Origin: an uncultured Actinomycetes bacterium
GTDB taxonomy: Bacteria > Actinomycetota > Thermoleophilia > Solirubrobacterales > Solirubrobacteraceae
Assembly (NCBI GenBank): GCA_963823375.1
Contig: CAWGLQ010000007.1
Span: 362-64,361 of the forward strand
Direction: 5' to 3'
DNA: 64,000 bases
A program made the translations under genes and the position numbers. The stretch's first letter is position 1; the number at the start of each line of letters is the position of its first letter. Positions 49,202 to 57,322 of this stretch are shown piece by piece. The notes beneath the pieces are model-generated. The model made no database searches, was not told the origin of the DNA, and saw nothing but the letters and a program-made list of their open reading frames with translations.

Positions 49202-50754
49202 CCGCGCTCGCCTGGACCGCGGAGCAGGAGCTGCTGCTGCGCGGCGCCGTCGGGGTCGGCCGGGACGCCGACCGGGCGGCGGCCGACTGGCTCGCGCAGT
49301 GCTCGATCCAGGATCTCGGCCCGGCGGAGTACCGCGTCCTCCCGCTGATCGCGGCGCGGCTGCCCGCGGGCGCCGACGATCCGCTCGCCGCCCAGGTCCA
49401 CAAGGTCGTGCGCTTCACCTGGCTGCGCACCCAGCTGCTCGTGACGCGCAGCGCGGCGGCGCTGCGGTCGCTCACCGACGCGGGCGTCCCGGTGATGCTC
49501 GCCAAGGGTGCGGCCGTCCTCGCGCACACGGGCTGGCCGATCCAGCTGCGGCCGATGGACGACCTCGACGTCGTCGTCCCGCGCGGGCGCGCGGCGGAGG
49601 CCGCGGGCCTGCTGCGCGCCGCCGGGCTCACCCAGCCCTCGCTCCCGGCCGACCCCACGGCGACCGCGATCTACGACGAGCTGCACGGCCTGGGCTTCGA
49701 CGACCCGGCCGGCGCGATCGTCGACGTCCACTGGCACGTGCTGCACGGCTCGCTCCATCACGGCGCCGACGCGGAGTTCTGGGAGCGCGCCGAGCCCGCG
49801 CTGCTGCGCGACCTGCCCGTGCAGGTGCTCTCACGCGAGGACACGCTGCTCCAGGTCGTCGCGCACGGCATGGAGCTCAACGTCCAGCACCCGCTGCGCT
49901 GGGCGGCCGACGCCGTCCTCCTGCTCCGCGGCGCGCCGGCGTTCGACTGGGACCGTCTCGCGCACGCCGCGCGGCGCCATCGCCTCGCGGGGCCCGTCAG
50001 CGCTGCGCTGCGCGAGCTGCGCGACGTCGCGCCCGACGTCCTCCCGTCCGACCTGCCGCCCGGGCTGCGCCGCGCGGCGCGCCGGTCCGTGCTGCCCGCG
50101 CGCGCCGGGGCCGCCGGAGCCGAGGTGGAGGAGTTCGTGCGGCGGGCCGTCGCGCCGGGCGAGCGCCCGCGCCCCGGCCACGCGCTCACGTATCTCAAGG
50201 AGCTGTGGGCGCTGGAGAGCGCCCGGGAGATCCCGCGGCACGCGGCGTGGGTGGCGAGCGGCCGGCGTCCGCGCCTGACTCCGCGGTGCGCGCCGGTCCC
50301 GGACGGCGCCGAGCCGATCTGGGTGCCCGGCGAGGCGGGCTTCGCCACCGGGGAGGCCGGCACCGGGATGCTCGGCCCGGGGTGGTGGTCGCCCGACGCG
50401 CACGGCGTCTGGTCACGCGGCCGCGAGGCGCAGCTCCTCATCGGGCTCGCGTTCCCGGTGGACGGGCCGCTGCGGCTCGACCTGCAGCTCGTCCCGTTCC
50501 TGAGCGCGGCGCGTCCGCGGCTGACCGTGGACGTCGTGGTGGACGGCCGGCGCGGGCCGCACTGGGAGTTCACCGGCACGACCCTGCACGAGCACGCGCG
50601 CACGCTGGTGCTCGACGGGCCGCGCCGCGACATCCGCCTGCGCCTCGTCCTCGACGGGCGCATCTCGCCCGAGCGCGCGGGCGAGCTCGCCGACCCGCGC
50701 CCGATCGGCCTGCAGCTGTTGCGGGTGGGCGTCGCGCCCGCCGGCGCGGGCTGA
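49198..50754 (+). CDS. uncharacterised nucleotidyltransferase (NTP_transf_5-like) with about 160-aa C-terminal extension
   Basis: GTG at 49198 (4-nt overlap). EQELLLRGAVGVG...AEYRVLPLIAARL...LTDAGVPVMLAKGAAVLAHTGWPIQLRPMDDLDVVVPRGRAAEAAGLL...VDVHWHV has the pattern of the NTP_transf_5 family. The C-terminus reads GPGWWSPDAHGVWSRGREAQLLI...LTVDVVVDG... Confidence 0.7.
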   Translation: MTALAWTAEQELLLRGAVGVGRDADRAAADWLAQCSIQDLGPAEYRVLPLIAARLPAGADDPLAAQVHKVVRFTWLRTQLLVTRSAAALRSLTDAGVPVMLAKGAAVLAHTGWPIQLRPMDDLDVVVPRGRAAEAAGLLRAAGLTQPSLPADPTATAIYDELHGLGFDDPAGAIVDVHWHVLHGSLHHGADAEFWERAEPALLRDLPVQVLSREDTLLQVVAHGMELNVQHPLRWAADAVLLLRGAPAFDWDRLAHAARRHRLAGPVSAALRELRDVAPDVLPSDLPPGLRRAARRSVLPARAGAAGAEVEEFVRRAVAPGERPRPGHALTYLKELWALESAREIPRHAAWVASGRRPRLTPRCAPVPDGAEPIWVPGEAGFATGEAGTGMLGPGWWSPDAHGVWSRGREAQLLIGLAFPVDGPLRLDLQLVPFLSAARPRLTVDVVVDGRRGPHWEFTGTTLHEHARTLVLDGPRRDIRLRLVLDGRISPERAGELADPRPIGLQLLRVGVAPAGAG

Positions 50755-50885
50755 GCGGGCGGCAGGCCGCACAAGGCACCCGCGTCCCGCGCAACCTCGC
50801 CGTGCGCGGTTGTGCGCGCTGGGACGGCACAAGTGCCATCGGCGTCCCGCGCGCTCGTTCGCGTGCGCAGCTGAGCGCGCCCTGA

Positions 50886-51706
50886 TCAGACCGGCGCGGC
50901 GAGGATCGGGTTGCGCGTGGGCTGCGCGGACCCGCCGGCGGGCTCCGAGCTGACGAGCACCTCGTCGACGCCGTCGAGCGATCCGGGGACGGCGGCCTCG
51001 CCGTCGCCCCGGCGGTCGACGCCGAAGAGCGCGCCGGCGGGCTGCGGGGCGTCCTCGCCGCTGCGCAGCCAGCACCTGCCACACGCGCCCGCGCCCGGGG
51101 GACGGCAGGCCGGCGACGACGAGCCGCGCATCGCCGGACTCGTCGACGACGAGCCGCGCCTGCGCGCCCGGTGCCAGCGCCGGGTCGACCTGGGCGGCGA
51201 CGGTCCGCGCCGCGCCCGGGCCGTCGTCGCCGACGAGCGCTGCGCCGAGGATGCCCGCGCCGAGGGCGATGACCGCTGCGCAGGCCGCCGCGGCGGCGAG
51301 CGGGACGGGACGGCGCAGCCAGCCGGGCGCCGCGCCGGCGCTCGCGGCGGCCGGGCGGCGCCGGCCTGCTCGCGCTCGCGCGCCGCCGACCCGGCGGCGC
51401 AGCCGGCGCATGCGCGCTGCTCGCGCTCGGCGCGCGCTCGGCGCGCGCGTCACGCGCCGCCGCGAACAGCTGCGCGTCGGCGCGCACCTGCGTCATCACG
51501 CGCGAGCGCAGCTCGGGCGGGGCGCTCGCGGCGGGCACGGCCGTGAGCAGCGCCTCGCGGGCCGCGCCGAGCTCCAGGAGCTCGGCGGTGCAGACCGGGC
51601 AGGACGTCAGATGCCCGCGAAGCCCCTCCTGCTCCTGGGGCGTGCACGAGCCGAGCGCGTAGGCGCCCAGCAGCTCGTTCCAGCGTGGGTCGGTGCAGTC
51701 GGTCAT
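50886..51706 (-). pseudogene. anti-sigma factor (zf-HC2 N-terminus, TM helix, RskA-like C-terminal domain), two frame breaks
   Basis: ATG at 51706 overlaps the sigma stop (ATGA). LLGAYALGSCTPQEQEGLRGHLTSCPVCTAELLEL (H-x3-C-x2-C) / ...WLRRPVPLAAAAACAAVIALGAGILGAALV...ARLVVAGLPSPGRGRVWQV / WLRSGEDAPQPAGALFGV...VLVSSEPAGGSAQPT. Breaks lie about 51330-51445 and near 51070. Confidence 0.7.
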
Positions 51707-52285
51707 CGCCCGGATCCCTCCAGATGGTGGCGCAGCTTCTCCAGCCCTGCTCGCATGCGTCCCTTCACGGTGCCGAGCGGGACCTCGAGGATCTCGGCGA
51801 TCTCGCTGTGCGAGTAGCCGGAGTAGAACGCCAGCGTCGACGACGTCGCGCTGATCCTTGCTCAGCTCGCGCAGGACCGCGGCGGCCTGGTCGCGCTCGC
51901 CGCGCGCGAGCGCGAGCGCCTCGTGTCGTCGGCGCCGGGCACGCGCTCCGCCGCGGCGTCGTCAGCGACCGTGCGGTCACGCAGCCTCGTCCGCCGGCGA
52001 ACGTGGTCGATCGCGCGATGGTGGACGATCGTGAGCAGCCACGACCGCACGCTGCCGACCCGCGCGTCGTAGCGCGAGGCGCCGGAGCGCCAGGCGGCCG
52101 ATCCAGGCGTCCTGGCACGCGTCGTCCGCGGCTGCGGGCGTCCCGAGGATCCGGTGGGCGAGCGCGAACGCCGCGTCGGCGTGCCGGTCGTAGACGACCT
52201 CGAAGGCGTCGGCGTCCGTGTCGGCGACGAGGGCCATCAGGTCCTCGTCGGCGAGCCGGGCGAGTCTGTCGCTGCGGTCGGGCAT
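51703..52285 (-). pseudogene. ECF-type RNA polymerase sigma-70 factor, three frame breaks
   Basis: ATG at 52285: ...DEDLMALVADTDADAFEVVYDRHADAAFALAHRILGTPAAADDACQDAWI / AWRSGASRYDARVGSVRSWLLTIVHHRAIDHVRRR (region 2) / EALALARGERDQAAAVLRELSKDQRDVV / LAFYSGYSHSEIAEILEVPLGTVKGRMRAGLEKLR (region 4). Breaks lie near 52100, 51920 and 51838. Confidence 0.8.
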
Positions 52286-52345
52286 CCGGTGCGGTTCGTA
52301 CCTCCTCGGGAGTGTGGCCTGCACCTCCTCAACGTCGGAGACCGC

Positions 52346-52372
52346 CGATCGGATGCCTCCGTGATCCGATCG
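52346..52372. promoter_or_regulatory. 9-bp inverted repeat CGATCGGAT-N9-ATCCGATCG upstream of the ECF sigma gene
   Basis: Read directly at 52346-52354 and 52364-52372, 60-85 nt upstream of the sigma start codon (52285, minus strand). Confidence 0.45.
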
Positions 52373-52430
52373 TGGATCCCCGTCGTTGAACAGACGGCGT
52401 ACCCGGGGGGGTGGACGAGCGCGGGCGGGC

Positions 52431-53502
52431 TCAGGCCCGCCCGCGCAGCACCCGATCGGGCACGTCGCCGAGCAGGTCGACGACCCGCGGGTTGCGTCCG
52501 GCCTCGAGCAGCACCGCGCCGCCCGGGCGGTAGGGCCGCTCGACCGCGGGCCGGGCCGCCGCGCCGGCGAGCGCGCTGTCGAACACCCAGCTCCCGCTGT
52601 TGACGAGGTGCGGGCCCTCCGCGCCGCGCGGGCGCCACGAGGCCGGCGGGATCGGCGGGCAGCGGCCCGCGGCGGTGGATGTGGCCGAACACCACCCAGC
52701 GAGCGCGCAGCCGCAGCCGGTGCGCGACCTCGTCCATCGCCGGGATCGCCGCGCGGCGGTGGATCCCCTGTTCCATCGCGAGGGCCGCGAGCGACGCCGC
52801 CTCCCGCATCCCGGGGATCGTCGCGAGCGCGGGCAGCCCGGCGAGCAGCGTGCGCCGCGCCTGGCCGACCGCCGCCTCGACGGTCTCGCCCATGCCGTCG
52901 GGCAGGATCGCGGCGAGCGCGTCGGACACCGCGCCGGCGTCGGAGCCCGGCGCGCGCTCGAAGTCGTCGACGGCGGAGCGGGGCGCGCCCTCCAGTGCGC
53001 GCAGGCGCCCGCGCAGCGCTGCGGGCAGCAGCCGGTCGAGGTAGTGGCCGTGCGTCGCGTAGACGTCGTCGGCCAGCCAGACGCCCGGGTAGCGGACCTC
53101 CACGCGCGCCGGGCGCAGCCACGAGCACAGCTCGCCGAGCAGGTCACTGGCCCCCTTGGGCACCTGGGTCGCGGGGCGCAGCGGACGGCCCGCGGCGATC
53201 CGCCGTGCGAGCCACGCGCGGATGAGCGTGTGGTCGTGGTTGCCGGGGACGACCACGACCTCGGCGCCCGCGGGCAGCGCCGCCCCCAGCTCGCGCAGGA
53301 TCGGCTCGGCGATCTGCGCCGCCTCGTGCGGCCGGCCCTCGAGCAGCTCGAGGGTGTCGCCGAGCAGGACGAGCCGGTCGGCGTTCGCGGCCGCGGCCGT
53401 CAGCGCGTCGAGCGCGACCGGCCGCCGCAGCACGTCGCGCTGGACGACCGAGCCGAGGTGCAGATCGGAGATGACGAGGGTGCGCACGCGATGCGCCACC
53501 AT
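52431..53502 (-). pseudogene. metallophosphoesterase (calcineurin-like), one frame break
   Basis: ATG at 53502: VRTLVISDLHLGS...RLVLLGDTLELLEG...VVVVPGNHDH...VYATHGHYLD...RWVVFGHIHRRGPLPADPA. A break near 52640 leads to SWRPRGAEGPHLVNSGSWVFD... (end of ORF 52431..53147). Confidence 0.75.
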
Positions 53503-53508
53503 TCGGGC

Positions 53509-54061
53509 ATGGACTCCCTCAGGGGCAAGCTCCTCATCGCCTCGCCGGCCATCGTGGACCCGCACTTCCGCCAGACCGTCGTGCTGCTCGCCGAGCACAC
53601 CGAGGACGGCGCGATGGGCGTGGTCCTCAACCGGGAGGCCGACGTGACCGTCGGCGAGGCGGTTCCCGGACTCGCCTACCTGGCCGGCGGGGACGACGCG
53701 GTCGTCCACGTCGGCGGCCCGGTCTCGGCGAACGCCGTCACCGTGCTCGCGCAGTTCGCCGACCCGGGCCGCGCCGCGCTGCTGATCGACGAGGACGTCG
53801 GCTTCGTCCCCGCCGAGGCCGCCGACGGCGAGGACCTGTCGGACGCCGTCGTCCGCTCACGCGTGTTCGCGGGGCACGCGGGCTGGGGCGCCGGCCAGCT
53901 CGAGGCGGAGATGGAGGAGGAGTCCTGGATCGTCGAGGAGCTCGACCGCGAGGACCTCTTCACGCGAGGACCCCGACGCCCTGTGGGCGTCGATCCTGCG
54001 GCGCAAGGGCGGCACGTACGCGCTGATTGCGACGATGCCTGCGGATCCGAGTCTGAACTAG
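53509..54061 (+). pseudogene. YqgE/AlgH family (UPF0301) protein, one frame break
   Basis: ATG at 53509: MDSLRGKLLIASPAIVDPHFRQTVVLLAEHTEDGAMGVVLNR...VHVGGPVS...RVFAGHAGWGAGQLEAEMEEESWIV...EDLFT. A break near 53965 leads to DPDALWASILRRKGGTYALIATMPADPSLN, stop TAG 54059-54061. The start is only 6 nt from the divergent start at 53502. Confidence 0.8.
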
Positions 54062-54118
54062 GTACGGCCCCCTGGCAGGGCCTGACCGGCCGCAAAGCGG
54101 ACGGTCAGTTCGATCTCC
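54058..54118 (+). repeat. box-plus-hairpin module, copy 1: CTAGGTACGGCCCCCTGGCAGG, then hairpin CTGACCGgCCGCaaaGCGGaCGGTCAG, then ttcGATCTCC
   Basis: The 22-nt box at 54058-54079 is the exact reverse complement of 58145-58166. The hairpin is at 54082-54108. The TAG inside the box is the AlgH stop codon. The module lies between convergent genes. Confidence 0.8.
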
Positions 54119-54123
54119 GAGCC

Positions 54124-54978
54124 CTAGCTGTAGACGGCCTCAAGCGTCGGCCACACATCCCCGTCATGCCCGGGGATGATCACCGTCTCCGGGTGCAGCT
54201 CGGAGTAGCGGCGGATCGCGTCGAGCGAGGCGATGAAGTCGCTGCGGTCCCACATCACCGACGTGGGCACCGGGTGCTCGACCATGCTGCGCAGGTCCGC
54301 CGCGTCACCCGTGAGCAGCACCTCGCCGCCGCTGCCCAGGCGCACGAGGACCGACTGGTGGCCGGGCGCGTGGCCGGGCGTGGAGCAGAGGATCACGCTG
54401 CCGTCGTCGAACAGGTCGATGGTCCGGTTGAACGGGCCCAGCGGCCGGGCGCGCGGCCCGTCGAAGTCGAGGACCTCGCGGCGGCGGATCGTGCGCACGA
54501 CGCCCGGGATGTACCCGCCCTTGCGGATCCCCAGCCCGCCGCGGTCCCCGATGTCCCACTCGCGGCGGTCGGCGACGAACGTGGCGTGGCCCGAGAAGCG
54601 CTCCGCGCCGCTGGCGTGGTCGGAGTGCAGGTGGGTCATCACCACGAGCCCGATGTCGGCGGCGCGCACGCCGGCGCGCTCGAGCAGGACGTCGAGGTCG
54701 TAGACCGTGTGGGGGAAGAGGCGCGCGGTGCCCGGGCCGAGCGTGCGCGCCGGACGCGCCTGTGCGTCAGCCGCGTACCCGGTGTCGACGAGGATCGGCC
54801 CATGCTTTGGGTGTTCCAGCAGGAACACCGGCACGGGCGCCGTGTGCAGGTCGTGACCGCGCAGCTGGTCGATCATGCCCCGCAGCGGGCCCAGACGGCC
54901 GGGCGGGCACGCGGGGAAGGAGGACGAGAGCCGGATCTCCCCGGCGAGCAGCGGGTGCACGCGCATCGTGCGCCGCAC
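54124..54978 (-). CDS. MBL-fold metallo-hydrolase (N-acyl homoserine lactonase-like)
   Basis: Intact 284-aa ORF. LVVMTHLHSDHASG (HxHxDH), STPGHAPGH, IPGHD. Confidence 0.8.
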   Translation of the reverse strand: MRRTMRVHPLLAGEIRLSSSFPACPPGRLGPLRGMIDQLRGHDLHTAPVPVFLLEHPKHGPILVDTGYAADAQARPARTLGPGTARLFPHTVYDLDVLLERAGVRAADIGLVVMTHLHSDHASGAERFSGHATFVADRREWDIGDRGGLGIRKGGYIPGVVRTIRRREVLDFDGPRARPLGPFNRTIDLFDDGSVILCSTPGHAPGHQSVLVRLGSGGEVLLTGDAADLRSMVEHPVPTSVMWDRSDFIASLDAIRRYSELHPETVIIPGHDGDVWPTLEAVYS

Positions 54979-54996
54979 GCTATCGGGCCGCCGGTG

Positions 54997-56583
54997 TCAG
55001 GAGCAGACGGGGCGCACCGACGCGGTGACGGCGCGGAAGGTCGGCGACCAGCGCAGCAGCTCGCTCGGCTTCGTCGCCGCGTAGACGGCGATGCTCGTGC
55101 CGCACGGGTTCAGGTACCACGTCGCGCGGGCCTGGCCGTCGACGCCGTACACCCAGCGCCAGGCGTCGTCGCCGTTGAGATCGATCGCGCCGAACGCCAC
55201 CTCGCTGTAGGTGCGGTCCGTCGCGAGGCTCGCGCGCGCGGCCTCCGCGATCGCCTCCGGCGACGCGCCGGAGTCGGGGCGATAGGTGATGACCAGCAGC
55301 GCGCGGTCGGGGGCCGGGGCGCGCCAGCGGCTCTCGAAGAAGTCGCCGCGGTCGGCGTCGCTGATGAGGCGCGTCCAGCCCGTCGGCACCTGCGCCTCGT
55401 AGGCACGCGTGGAGTACGGCTCGAGCGCGACGGGGGCGGGCGCGCGGGGGATCGCCGGACGGCTGCCGGACGACGTCGAGGGCTCGGGGTCCAGCGCGCG
55501 GTCCGCCGCGACGCCGATCGCGGCGCCGGCGACGAGCGCGAGCGCGGCGAGCAGCGCCGTCCGCGAGCGCCGCGGCCGGGCGCGCGGCGCGGGTGCGGCG
55601 GGCGTCGGCTCGGGCCTGGCGGCCGGGCGCTCGGGCATCACGCGCGTGCGATCGGCGGCGATGGCCGTCGCCGCGGTGTCCGAGCGCGACGTCCCGACAC
55701 TCCACAGCGCGTCCGAGGCGCGCGGCGGCGCGGGCGGGGCGGGCGCCGCGACGGGCGCGCCGGTGAGCGCGGCACGCGCGTCGGCCGCGAGCGCGCCGGC
55801 GGTCGGGTAGCGGTCCGCGGGATTCTTCGCCAGCGCGCGGGCCACCACCGCGTCGAAGCCGGGCGCGACGCCATCGGTCGCGGACGGCGCGGGCGGCGCG
55901 TCGTGCAGGTGCGCGGTGATCGTGGCGGCGTCGCTCTCGCGGTCGAACGGGACCCGCCCGGTCAGCATCCGGTGCAGCACGCACCCCAGCGCGTACACGT
56001 CGGCGCGCCCGTCGACCGCGTCGTCGCGCAACGCCTCCGGCGCGACGAACGCCAGCGTGCCGAGCCAGGCGCCGCTGCGCGTCTCGCCCGCCGTGTCGAG
56101 GTGCTTGACGAGCCCGAAGTCCGTGAGCGCCGCCTGCTCGCCCGCCCCGTCGCCGCTGACCAGGATGTTCGACGGGGTCACGTCGCGGTGGATGAGCCCC
56201 GCGGTGTGGGCGGCGTCGAGCGCGGCGCCGACCTGCTCGGTGATCGCGACGGCACGCGCCGGCTCGAGGGCGACACCGCCGCGCAGGATGGTGCGCAGGT
56301 CCGTCCCGTCGACGTACCGCATGACGAGGTAGAGGACCTCGTCCTGCTCGCCCGTGTCGTAGACGTCGACGATGTTCGGGTGATGCACCGAGGCGGCGAC
56401 GCGCGCCTCGCGGATGAAGCGCTCACGGAACTCGGGGTCGTGCGCGAGCTGCGGCGAGATCACCTTGACGGCGACGCGGCGCCCGAGCGCGAGCTGCGTC
56501 GCCTCGTAGACGACACCCATCCCGCCATGCGCGGCGAGCCGCTCCAGACGGCAGCCACCGAGCGTGTCGCCGACACCGGGCAC
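54997..56583 (-). CDS. Ser/Thr protein kinase with TM helix and extracytoplasmic C-terminal domain
   Basis: Intact 528-aa ORF. GMGVVYEA...VAVKV (VAIK-type), HRDVTPSNILV (HRD/catalytic loop), LTDFGL (DFG), APE. A Pro/Ala linker, then TM LLAALALVAGAAIGVAA, then a roughly 170-aa C-terminal domain. Confidence 0.9.
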   Translation of the reverse strand: MPGVGDTLGGCRLERLAAHGGMGVVYEATQLALGRRVAVKVISPQLAHDPEFRERFIREARVAASVHHPNIVDVYDTGEQDEVLYLVMRYVDGTDLRTILRGGVALEPARAVAITEQVGAALDAAHTAGLIHRDVTPSNILVSGDGAGEQAALTDFGLVKHLDTAGETRSGAWLGTLAFVAPEALRDDAVDGRADVYALGCVLHRMLTGRVPFDRESDAATITAHLHDAPPAPSATDGVAPGFDAVVARALAKNPADRYPTAGALAADARAALTGAPVAAPAPPAPPRASDALWSVGTSRSDTAATAIAADRTRVMPERPAARPEPTPAAPAPRARPRRSRTALLAALALVAGAAIGVAADRALDPEPSTSSGSRPAIPRAPAPVALEPYSTRAYEAQVPTGWTRLISDADRGDFFESRWRAPAPDRALLVITYRPDSGASPEAIAEAARASLATDRTYSEVAFGAIDLNGDDAWRWVYGVDGQARATWYLNPCGTSIAVYAATKPSELLRWSPTFRAVTASVRPVCS

Positions 56584-56602
56584 CCGCCAGAAGATAGGGC
56601 GG

Positions 56603-57238
56603 TCAGGCCGAGGGGAACGCCCGCTCGAGCCGGGCGGCCAGGCGCCGCACCTGCTCGGGCCCCAGCGCTCCGGGCCGCGCGGCGACGAAGGCGACCGTCT
56701 GCGGGCCGTCGATCAGGACGTCGTGCAGGCGCAGCTCCGTGAACGAGATCAGCGCGAGTCCCTCGGGAACGCAGAGCGCTCCGCGGACCGCGGGGAGCTC
56801 GTGCGCGCGGCCGTGCAGCGACAGGACGCGGCTGACCGCGAGCACCTGGCGCTCGACCGCCCGGACGGCGCCGGTGTGGTCGCGGCCTCCGGCGATGAGC
56901 CGGTCGCCGGCGGGCTCGGCGAACCCGCCCGCCATGCGCGCGATGCGCGGCGAATGGTCCAGGAGCAGTGCGTCGACGACGGTGATGCCGGCGGGTCCCA
57001 CGAGCAGCGCGTCGATCCGCCCGCGGCCCTGGGGCATCAGCCGGTTCTCGAGCGCGACGAGACCGGCGTCGAGCGCCAGCTCGCAGACGCGCTCGGCGAG
57101 CTGCGCACGCGAGCTCGGCCGCGTCCGCCAGCGGCGGGCGCCGCCCGCGAGGCCGCGCGCCCGGCCCGGGGCGGGGGGTGCATGCGGCGTGGCACGTGCC
57201 GGAAGGCTCATGGCGCGCGCATCGGACGGCGGGCGCAT
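56603..57238 (-). CDS. NERD (nuclease-related domain) protein
   Basis: Intact 211-aa ORF. ...ERVCELALDAGLVALENRLMPQGRGRIDALLVGPAGITVVDA fits the NERD core pattern (from memory). The start is uncertain. Confidence 0.55.
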   Translation of the reverse strand: MRPPSDARAMSLPARATPHAPPAPGRARGLAGGARRWRTRPSSRAQLAERVCELALDAGLVALENRLMPQGRGRIDALLVGPAGITVVDALLLDHSPRIARMAGGFAEPAGDRLIAGGRDHTGAVRAVERQVLAVSRVLSLHGRAHELPAVRGALCVPEGLALISFTELRLHDVLIDGPQTVAFVAARPGALGPEQVRRLAARLERAFPSA

Positions 57239-57322
57239 GCGCTTGAGCGGCGCAGAAAACCCACCACCGTCGCGGCGGCCTGTGGGAAGGTGTCAATCAG
57301 GACCCCGCCGAGAGGAGCAGCC

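Noticed and set aside
45721-50754. Calling the PqqD/kinase/nucleotidyltransferase operon a lasso-peptide biosynthetic gene cluster
   Set aside because: The window contains no asparagine-synthetase-like lasso cyclase, no transglutaminase-like leader protease, no ABC exporter adjacent to the operon and no plausible precursor ORF. Only the tailoring-type components are present.
52600-56742. 1380-aa ORF on the plus strand, the longest in the track
   Set aside because: Only 53509 to about 53965 of this frame encodes a believable protein (AlgH). The remainder is antisense to the phosphoesterase, MBL hydrolase and Ser/Thr kinase genes and reads as Arg/Gly/Ala-rich filler.
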